From: Candidatus Enterousia sp.
GTDB taxonomy: Bacteria > Pseudomonadota > Alphaproteobacteria > Rs-D84
Reading direction: 5' to 3'
DNA: 64,000 bases
Assembly: GCA_045613345.1 (NCBI GenBank)
Contig: JAZLAT010000017.1
Location: 42,005-106,004, forward strand
Shown here: one piece after another, positions 57,370 through 64,000 of the stretch
Layout: each line of letters starts with the position of its first letter
Position numbering within the stretch: the first letter of the stretch is position 1
Notes under the pieces: model-generated
What the model was told of the DNA's origin: nothing
What the model saw: only the letters and a program-made list of their open reading frames with translations
The model's database searches: none
Program-made: the position numbers and the translations under genes

Positions 57370-57385
57370 GCACCCTATGGTGTAT
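57370..57385. promoter_or_regulatory. island palindromic motif, copy c
   Basis: GCACCCTATGGTGTAT, about 90 nt upstream of the ankyrin gene. Confidence 0.6.
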
Positions 57386-57627
57386 TCACCATTTCTGCAT
57401 AAACTATACAAATTCAACAGTTTATTATTTTATTATTAACTATACCGATTAAATAGTAAATTTCTCAAAATTTTAGTGTTTTTAGGTCAAAATTTGATAA
57501 AAATGGCTATTTTTTGGGCTTTTTTAAGCATTTTTTGCATTTTTTAGCATACAAACCCAGAAAACCGTGTTATACATACAAATGAACGCTTGAAAGCGAA
57601 AATCAACTAAAAACAAAAGGATAACAA

Positions 57628-57906
57628 ATGTTAAAAAATTATAGAAACTTTCTTATAAATTCCGGAATGGCTGTTGAAGTTAACGGAAAAGGTAGTAGTG
57701 TATACGATTACTGCAGGGCTTTAAAACGGGTATCAGTGCTCGAGAATATGACGATTGAAAAGTTGGCTCAGAATATTTTTGATATATGTCCAATGTATCA
57801 AAAAGGGGGACCGAAACAGGTACTCGGTGCTGGTATGTCTAGGTCCATTAGGTGTTCGCTTGTTAAACTGAGAAATATGATGTCAGAAACACAACAGGTT
57901 GCGTAA
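57628..57906 (+). CDS. hypothetical protein (92 aa)
   Basis: AAAAGGA RBS. Its stop overlaps the start of the next gene (TAATG). Confidence 0.5.
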   Translation: MLKNYRNFLINSGMAVEVNGKGSSVYDYCRALKRVSVLENMTIEKLAQNIFDICPMYQKGGPKQVLGAGMSRSIRCSLVKLRNMMSETQQVA

Positions 57907-58232
57907 TGAATAAGATTGCCGAATTGAACGATAAACTGAGAAAGAACTTATTCACACCCGGTAAAAATCAGGTATTCATATCTGCGGGTGTGAGTTCTTT
58001 ACCGTATCTTGAACAAGCTCGTCTGTTAGATAAAGTTCAAAAATTTAATGACTTTAATGAAGATAATAATCCATACGGAGAAAGAGATTTTTCGCGTATC
58101 GAGCATAACGGAACAAACTATTTTTGGAAAATTGACTACTATAACGAAACAATGGATGCCGGCTCAGATAATCCAGCAGACGAAAATATCACTATTCGGG
58201 TTTTAACAATAATGCGTGCAGACGAATATTAA
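57906..58232 (+). CDS. DUF3768-like protein
   Basis: NPYGERDFSRIEHNGTNYFWKIDYYN..GSDNPADENITIRVLTIMRADEY matches my recollection of the DUF3768 signature. Confidence 0.6.
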   Translation: MNKIAELNDKLRKNLFTPGKNQVFISAGVSSLPYLEQARLLDKVQKFNDFNEDNNPYGERDFSRIEHNGTNYFWKIDYYNETMDAGSDNPADENITIRVLTIMRADEY

Positions 58233-58247
58233 ACAAAAGGATTTGAA

Positions 58248-58391
58248 ATGGCGAATTGCACTTATTTTAAATTGGAAGTTAACGGTATGATGATGCCGGA
58301 AATTTACTTTAATTACGACCAGGCAAAAGCAGCATTGGAAAATATCTGTAATAATAATGTTGCAACTTATGGGCGTGTGATTATGTATTAA
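58248..58391 (+). CDS. small ORF (47 aa)
   Basis: AAAAGGA RBS. MANCTYFKLEVNGMMMPEIYFNYDQAKAALENICNNNVATYGRVIMY. Read manually. Confidence 0.4.
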   Translation: MANCTYFKLEVNGMMMPEIYFNYDQAKAALENICNNNVATYGRVIMY

Positions 58392-58400
58392 CAAAGGATA

Positions 58401-58904
58401 ATGAATATGAAAAAATATATTATAACTGACCCCTGTTATTTGATACCTGACGATGATTGGAGTAAATGTTGCGAAATCTTTGACTCTGTTGCATATAAAA
58501 AAGCAATGGAAAATCGTGATTATGAAATGCAACGAGAATTATTTGATAATGGAATAACCGCTGCATTACAAAAATATAGTGGCGATTATAAAGCAAAAGC
58601 GTGTTCAACTGGATATGGTGATTGGACTAATGATATCTGGGGTGTAAATGTATTGAAACACGATTTTTTTGCAGATTCAGGTATGGTGTGTGTATGTGAA
58701 TTAACTGATACTATAAAGAATCATATAGACGCTAACTCAAACGGTAAAGAATTTAATGGTATGGGGGTATTTGAAACTGATAAAGATATAAAGGTTGAAT
58801 TCGATACATCAGATTCAGATTGGACTGTTATACGGGTAAAAGATAAAAATACTGGTAATGTATTAATAACTTCAAGTGAACCATATTCTGACGACGACGA
58901 ATAG
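58401..58904 (+). CDS. hypothetical protein (ITDPCYL.. N-terminus, acidic tail)
   Basis: AAAGGA RBS, 167 aa, followed by a terminator. Confidence 0.55.
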   Translation: MNMKKYIITDPCYLIPDDDWSKCCEIFDSVAYKKAMENRDYEMQRELFDNGITAALQKYSGDYKAKACSTGYGDWTNDIWGVNVLKHDFFADSGMVCVCELTDTIKNHIDANSNGKEFNGMGVFETDKDIKVEFDTSDSDWTVIRVKDKNTGNVLITSSEPYSDDDE

Positions 58905-58907
58905 ATA

Positions 58908-58945
58908 AAAACCTGCTGATTTTGGATTGGCAGGTTATTTTTTAC
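58908..58945 (+). terminator. rho-independent terminator
   Basis: AACCTGC..13-nt loop..GCAGGTT followed by ATTTTTT. Confidence 0.55.
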
Positions 58946-58979
58946 ATTTATTCCATATTTGGCCCGTGGATTGCTCCAA

Positions 58980-59606
58980 TTAAAAATGGTTTATAGTTAG
59001 TATCCGGTTAGTCAAAGGAGCAACCACGAAGGGGTTATTTGCTGATTTGGGCCGTTTTGTGCGTTCATAGAACATCTCGTTTGATAAAAACACCCGACTA
59101 TCGTCAAAATGGCCTTTTTTATTGGCTTTAATATCCTTGGTCGCATATTTATACGCCCTATATGGTGTTCTGTCGATTTGTTGTATATCGATAACATCTG
59201 GTGAAAACTTGAAATGTTTTATTGTTTCTTTTGTTGCCGTATTTACTTTGTCTTCGGTATAGCGGTTATTTTGTAAAAACAAATGAAAGTGCCATTTCCC
59301 GCGGTCAATATCGTTCTGTTCAGCAAAACCAATGAATGGTAATATATGTTTAAACCAATGGCGTATATCAAATTGTTTTTCAAAGTATTTCATAACATTA
59401 CCCAAATAGTCACGCGATATTTCCATACTTTTACTGCGTTGATTTGTTGGAAATTGGATTGAAATAAAGTGTGTCGGTGCAAATTCACATAACCAATCAC
59501 AAAATTCGCGTTGTAGAAATAATGTGACTTGTTCATTTTTGCGGATTATACATTCAAGTTTGTATACATCCACCATATCATTATTTGTAGTTAACATTTT
59601 TACCAC
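58980..59606 (-). CDS. HUH-type rolling-circle replication initiator-like protein
   Basis: GKWHFHLFLQ (HUH motif) followed about 45 aa later by YRAYKYATKD (catalytic Tyr motif), 208 aa. Confidence 0.55.
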   Translation of the reverse strand: MVKMLTTNNDMVDVYKLECIIRKNEQVTLFLQREFCDWLCEFAPTHFISIQFPTNQRSKSMEISRDYLGNVMKYFEKQFDIRHWFKHILPFIGFAEQNDIDRGKWHFHLFLQNNRYTEDKVNTATKETIKHFKFSPDVIDIQQIDRTPYRAYKYATKDIKANKKGHFDDSRVFLSNEMFYERTKRPKSANNPFVVAPLTNRILTINHF

Positions 59607-59620
59607 CTATGTGTTGCAAC

Positions 59621-59683
59621 CATGGATACAAATTAAATCTGGATTGGTTGTGGACGGTGGTAATGATTCTTTTTGTATCCATG
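59621..59683. repeat. 12-bp inverted repeat just upstream of the Rep-like gene
   Basis: CATGGATACAAA (59621-59632) pairs with TTTGTATCCATG (59672-59683). Confidence 0.7.
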
Positions 59684-59971
59684 ATTATTTACATTAAATT
59701 AGAACATTTGTTTTATTGTTTTTGTGTTGTGGTTGTATTTTCTTGAAAAAGGGTAAAAAAATTAAACAACGCGATTGTTTTTCGGCTGTTAATTTTTTTT
59801 AACCAACATATATCAACCGCATTGCGTCTATGTTTATCGTCGAATACCACACCGAAAGTCCACAACCGATACAATATACACATTTTTATAGAACAGTTTT
59901 TTGTGGTGGTTGCATGGACGGAATTATTTTTTTGATAAAAATCCCGGTGTTTTAAACCGGGATTGATGGTT

Positions 59972-59987
59972 GCACCATATGGCGCTT
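59972..59987. promoter_or_regulatory. island palindromic motif, copy d
   Basis: GCACCATATGGCGCTT, just past the end of the methyltransferase operon. Confidence 0.5.
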
Positions 59988-59992
59988 TGTTA

Positions 59993-60181
59993 TTATTTTG
60001 GTTTAGCGATACGCATAAAATCGCAAGTTGATATCAACATACACCTGTTTAATCGTGCAAAATCTGGACCTTCCGTTTTCAAATTTTTATAAATTTGTTT
60101 AACGGAAAATCTTTTGTCTGGGAATAATTCTTGTAATCTTTCCTTGGCAAATTTTGCTTCAATTCTTAACCTGTTATTCAT
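59993..60181 (-). CDS. small basic protein (62 aa), last gene of the methyltransferase operon
   Basis: Overlaps the stop of the upstream methyltransferase gene by 8 nt. Confidence 0.4.
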   Translation of the reverse strand: MNNRLRIEAKFAKERLQELFPDKRFSVKQIYKNLKTEGPDFARLNRCMLISTCDFMRIAKPK

Positions 60182-61403
60182 GGTTTTCCCTTTTGGTTTC
60201 TGTATTAAGGTTAAATTCTGCTTTTACAAATTCGGCAACTACTGCGGCGCAATGCATGGGTGCGAAACATTCCCCTATACAGGTTCTAAGCAATTTATGT
60301 TTCGGTCTGGCCCAAAGCGGTATTTGAATATCATCGGGTAATCTAAGCGCACGAAACAATTCATGTATTGTGAATGTTCGGCAATCTGTAAATTGATATC
60401 TATCCTTATCATCCAGAATTGCTTTGCCGTATTTATCACAAATTAATCTGCCTGGATGAATCATATGATATGCGGATAGTTCGCCAGAATTAGTTAAAAC
60501 GGAATGTATCGGTTTGTTCCATTCTGCACGACACCAAGAACTATCGTGTTTTGTGCCGCTTAACTGTTTTGACAGGTTTAACGGATTATGCACTTTATAA
60601 CCCGTTGGTGTGCTCTTAATTTGGTCAAGCTGCCACGGTGCAACATATCGGGGGGCATCGTACCAATCTGGTCCACGTTGTCCGAATTCCAGTGTTGGTA
60701 AATCGTCCATAACATCTTCCGCAGTTAATGGAATTGGTGTTAGCGGTTCTGGTAATTTAACTGGTTTAACTCTTGACGCAATGATTATCGTTCTATCACG
60801 GTTCATTGCAGTTCCAAAATATTTTGCATTTTGCACCTTTTTATAAACATATTTGAATCCACGTTTGCGAAATTCGTTTTCGATATATTCGCCAAGTGGA
60901 ATATCACCCAATTTCTTTACCTTAAAATTAAGATATTCTTCTGCGTTCTCTATTGCCACATAATTATAGTATGGACACCGGTCAAGATGTGCAAAAGCAT
61001 AGGTAAACAACAATAGTTCGTCACTATCTGGGTCCCGCCTTGTGTTTGCCCGCGTCACCTGCTGGCATTTTGGACTACACAACAATATTTCACACTTTTC
61101 ACGATTTGCGATTTCTGCCAATTTATCTTGCACTTTCGGACTTGTTATATCACCAATTACCATTATGCTGTTCGGATAAATTGCATGGTTGAGATGGGCG
61201 ATGGGTGGCTTGATTTCATTAGTCAGCACAACGTCCACCCCGATATCACCTAAGTAATATTGATTTATTCCGGCACACGCAAATAAATTTGTCGCTTTCA
61301 TACGGCGTGGTGTATCGATTTTTAACTGGTTGATGGGGACATGCGACTTTCTTGGGTCGCATGTTTTCTTTACCATAGGTTCTTGTTTAATTGTTCGTGC
61401 CAT
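60174..61403 (-). CDS. DNA (cytosine-5)-methyltransferase
   Basis: Motif I LFACAGIN, motif IV CSPKCQQ (PCQ), motif VI VAIENAE, motif VIII NRDRTIII, and C-terminal ..TIHELFRALRLPDD / IGECFAP. Confidence 0.75.
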   Translation of the reverse strand: MARTIKQEPMVKKTCDPRKSHVPINQLKIDTPRRMKATNLFACAGINQYYLGDIGVDVVLTNEIKPPIAHLNHAIYPNSIMVIGDITSPKVQDKLAEIANREKCEILLCSPKCQQVTRANTRRDPDSDELLLFTYAFAHLDRCPYYNYVAIENAEEYLNFKVKKLGDIPLGEYIENEFRKRGFKYVYKKVQNAKYFGTAMNRDRTIIIASRVKPVKLPEPLTPIPLTAEDVMDDLPTLEFGQRGPDWYDAPRYVAPWQLDQIKSTPTGYKVHNPLNLSKQLSGTKHDSSWCRAEWNKPIHSVLTNSGELSAYHMIHPGRLICDKYGKAILDDKDRYQFTDCRTFTIHELFRALRLPDDIQIPLWARPKHKLLRTCIGECFAPMHCAAVVAEFVKAEFNLNTETKRENHE

Positions 61404-62523
61404 CTTTATCTCCTTTGGCTTCGCTGATTAAATAATTTTGTTTTAGGTATTTGAAACTTTCGTCGTGAATTTCCAAGACCGGAAATGTCGGATACATTTG
61501 TTGGATGATTTCCGCATAATATAATGGGTGTTTATCCGTTTTTGTGATTTCTCGGTCAAATACAACGGAATCCATTTTTAGGTTCTGCGGCTTCGGGGCG
61601 TCTCCCTTACACACTATCACCATTGTTCGATGTTGACGGGTTGTAAAAGCCCCATTGTGTGATTTACCGGTATCCATAACCGCAAATTCTTTGACCGTAA
61701 ATCGTAAATTTTTCAGAATATCCAATGATTTTTGAATTTGTGATTCATCCAGCCAGAAAAATCCAACGGCATCTTCCGCAATATGATTTCGCATAATTTC
61801 AACATTGATTTTATACACCAAATCACCATAAATTACCGGAAATTTTGCATTTTCTGGTAAATCAAACGTAGGGGCATCACCGGCTTCAAGAACCGTGAAT
61901 GTTTTGTTTTCCGATTTTTCATCCGTATGAATTTTTTGATTAAGTTGGTACAAAGTCGGCAAATCTTCAACATCCCAATCGCCACTTTTTAACTTTTTTA
62001 ACGACTCTTGGGTGGCGCGTTCGACCATGTCAAAGGTTATATCTTTTCTTATTGTCCATTTTTTTCGCGACAATTTATATTCGTCCCATGCCATTTTATA
62101 ACTTGGGAATCGCCCAGATTTGATATCCCGTTTAACATGCTCTACCTTTTGGACTTCTCGATAAAGCAACCACGAATTCAAATAAATCGCTGTTTCGCAT
62201 ACACCAGTATGATTTTCTAATTCATCTGGCGAATTTGCGTGTTTGAGTGCGCCCTTGGCGTTGGATAATAACTTTTCAGCATCTTTTTCATATTCCGCCA
62301 ATTCTGCTTCCGTTAAAACTCGAACATCTGGTAATAATGTACAACCAGACACCATTACCGCCGTGTTAAGCGGATTTGATTCAGTCGTTTCAACGGGTTG
62401 AGTTAATTCTTGCTGTTCTGTTTGTTCGGATAAATCTGCCACCATATCGGTTTCTAGACCAATCCTAGACGCATTTAATTCGGCCGCGTTTAAGCTATTA
62501 TTTAAAGAATTCATAACTAGCAT
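61387..62523 (-). CDS. MT-A70-like methyltransferase-fold protein with a divergent catalytic tetrad
   Basis: FPVIYGDLVY stands where the family has ..IyaDPPW, then AVGFFWLDESQ..LKNLRFTVKEFAVMDTGK..TMVIVCKGDAP. Confidence 0.5.
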   Translation of the reverse strand: MLVMNSLNNSLNAAELNASRIGLETDMVADLSEQTEQQELTQPVETTESNPLNTAVMVSGCTLLPDVRVLTEAELAEYEKDAEKLLSNAKGALKHANSPDELENHTGVCETAIYLNSWLLYREVQKVEHVKRDIKSGRFPSYKMAWDEYKLSRKKWTIRKDITFDMVERATQESLKKLKSGDWDVEDLPTLYQLNQKIHTDEKSENKTFTVLEAGDAPTFDLPENAKFPVIYGDLVYKINVEIMRNHIAEDAVGFFWLDESQIQKSLDILKNLRFTVKEFAVMDTGKSHNGAFTTRQHRTMVIVCKGDAPKPQNLKMDSVVFDREITKTDKHPLYYAEIIQQMYPTFPVLEIHDESFKYLKQNYLISEAKGDKDGTNN

Positions 62524-62939
62524 TCCTTAATTTTTGACAATAAAAGCACCCTTTGCGAAATCGCATTATCGGTTCTACTCCGGGGGAACTTTGGGTTAAT
62601 TTTTGGAAGAAAAACTTTTCAGTTTACTTCCGCACATTTTGGGTCTAGAATAAGTTCTGTTCAGGAATCGTTCTAGACCACTAGTTCGATTTTAAATTGG
62701 GGTTAACGGTTTCATATCGTTGCCTCTTTTTTTTATTTGTTAATTTTTTTTACACAACAATGATTAAATAAACCGCAGAAATTCACCAGAAATTTATTTT
62801 CATTTTTTGCAAATAAATTTTGGAAAAAATTTTGAAAAAAACAGTTTGTATCAAATTAAAAATTAAAATCCTTGATTTTGGGGCTTTTTTAATTACGATA
62901 TGTAGCAACGCTACATATTTTTGGTAATAGGTGTGAAAA

Positions 62940-63425
62940 ATGGACGATTTTTTGAAAAATTTGTATAAATATCTGAACTTATCAATAAATTTTTTTGACG
63001 CATGGTTGAAGAAACACCCGATTCGAAATCACACAATAACCCCTATCGAAATGAAAATATTATTCGGGGTATATTTTGAAGGTTTGACGACGCAACAAGA
63101 TATTGAAAAATATTATGGTATGTATAGGTCAACCATTGGCAAGGCATTAGAAACATTACAAAATTTAGATTGGTTGACGGTGCAGAAAATTTCACGAAAA
63201 AATCATCCGATTAGCCTTTCGTCAGAAGGGATAAAAACAATCGAATATATTTTTACCGAAATGAAAGTCGGTTATAAAGCAATGATAAAACAAATGATAC
63301 CGAATGCGGATGACGATAAAATATTGCATGAATATTTGATAATAGCCCAACAGGCATATTTGAAACTTGAACAATTTGCAAAATATTTACCAATACATAA
63401 ACCACAACCAAAGAAAAAACAATAA
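62940..63425 (+). CDS. MarR-like winged-helix transcriptional regulator
   Basis: ..ITPIEMKILFGVYFEGLTTQQDIEKYYGMYRSTIGKALETLQNLDWL.. shows an HTH plus wing pattern. Confidence 0.5.
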   Translation: MDDFLKNLYKYLNLSINFFDAWLKKHPIRNHTITPIEMKILFGVYFEGLTTQQDIEKYYGMYRSTIGKALETLQNLDWLTVQKISRKNHPISLSSEGIKTIEYIFTEMKVGYKAMIKQMIPNADDDKILHEYLIIAQQAYLKLEQFAKYLPIHKPQPKKKQ

Positions 63426-63441
63426 ACACCATATGGTGTAT
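63426..63441. promoter_or_regulatory. island palindromic motif, copy e
   Basis: ACACCATATGGTGTAT, starting 1 nt after the stop of the MarR-like gene. Confidence 0.6.
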
Positions 63442-63590
63442 TTATATAAAATCCATTATAATATCCAATTTTTATACAAACAATATATATTATATTAACC
63501 AACACGCGTATATATTATTCATTATTTTCTTGCAATTCATAAAAAAATGTATAAAATCCGATTCGTTCCTAAATATAAAAGGACATAAAT

Positions 63591-63944
63591 ATGAAAATAA
63601 AAGACTTTATATCAAATAATAACAAAGAGGCAACCAAAATGAAGTTTAATACAACTATTACAGATGATACTATAAAAAAAGCATTGGAGTTAAGTGGCAA
63701 AAAACGGAAAATAACAATGTCCGACGAAATAATGGAAATATTCAAAGCGGCAAGAGCGGCCGGACAAAATGAATTGACTTTGAATGATATTACGGCTGCA
63801 TATTATAATATGTTTACCAAACCCAACAATGGTCCGTTGAAAGCGAAACATCGTATTTCGCAACAATTGTTCAATATGCAACAATCCGGAAAATACGGTA
63901 TTGAAAAAGTCCCGGGAAAACCAGGTGTATATAGATTAAAATAA
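63591..63944 (+). CDS. hypothetical protein
   Basis: 117-aa ORF. The alternative start MKFNTT at 63639 is possible. Confidence 0.4.
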   Translation: MKIKDFISNNNKEATKMKFNTTITDDTIKKALELSGKKRKITMSDEIMEIFKAARAAGQNELTLNDITAAYYNMFTKPNNGPLKAKHRISQQLFNMQQSGKYGIEKVPGKPGVYRLK

Positions 63945-64000
63945 AACTTGCTCGTTCCCACTGGATGCGGTCTGATTAATATTGAAAGCCCCGCGCGTAA

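Larger units (their letters stand above)
48602..64000. mobile_element. integrated element at tRNA-Pro(TGG); the right end is not in the window
   Basis: A large serine recombinase abuts the tRNA. There is a visibly higher AT content from here on. It carries RCR Rep-like, methyltransferase, DUF3768-like and cargo genes. Confidence 0.7.

Overview
This window reads as chromosome from an AT-leaning, Alphaproteobacteria-like, probably host-associated bacterium. The taxonomic cues are GcrA, the ruvB-ybgC-tolQ-tolR-tolA gene order, lpxA-lpxB and a type-A RNase P RNA. Housekeeping blocks are the tol cluster, an OmpR/EnvZ-type pair, argS, acpS, gcrA, lpxAB, M23-bactofilin-rpiB, leuS, rplM-rpsI, tig, prfA-hisS, tatD-tcdA, six tRNAs and rnpB. 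They are interleaved with accessory material: (i) Several large Sec-signal, Cys-rich secreted proteins, three of them in an apparent operon behind an orphan CpaA-type prepilin peptidase. (ii) An islet at 31.4-34.9 kb with a YadA-type trimeric autotransporter adhesin, an adhesin remnant, and a small serine recombinase. Its upstream spacer carries two hix/gix-like 12-2-12 dyads in inverted orientation 111 bp apart, a candidate invertible promoter switch. I consider this the best candidate system in the window. (iii) A family of about 105-bp palindromic elements with GTTAGTG-heptad arms, sitting on or next to stop codons. (iv) A perfect 76-bp duplication that includes the 3' end of tRNA-Pro(GGG). 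(v) A 1.35-kb non-coding tract with iteron-like repeats and a hairpin with 23-bp arms. (vi) From 48.6 kb to the window end, a visibly AT-richer integrated element at tRNA-Pro(TGG). It carries a large serine recombinase, an RCR Rep-like gene, two methyltransferases with no visible nuclease, DUF3768, and eukaryote-like or unknown cargo (ankyrin, M16 peptidase, a PQ-loop-HAD fusion, a transglutaminase-like protein, GNAT). A 16-bp palindromic motif recurs five times in it. No rRNA or CRISPR was seen. Family assignments come from motifs read by eye and coordinates of RNA and regulatory sites are approximate. No database search was possible.
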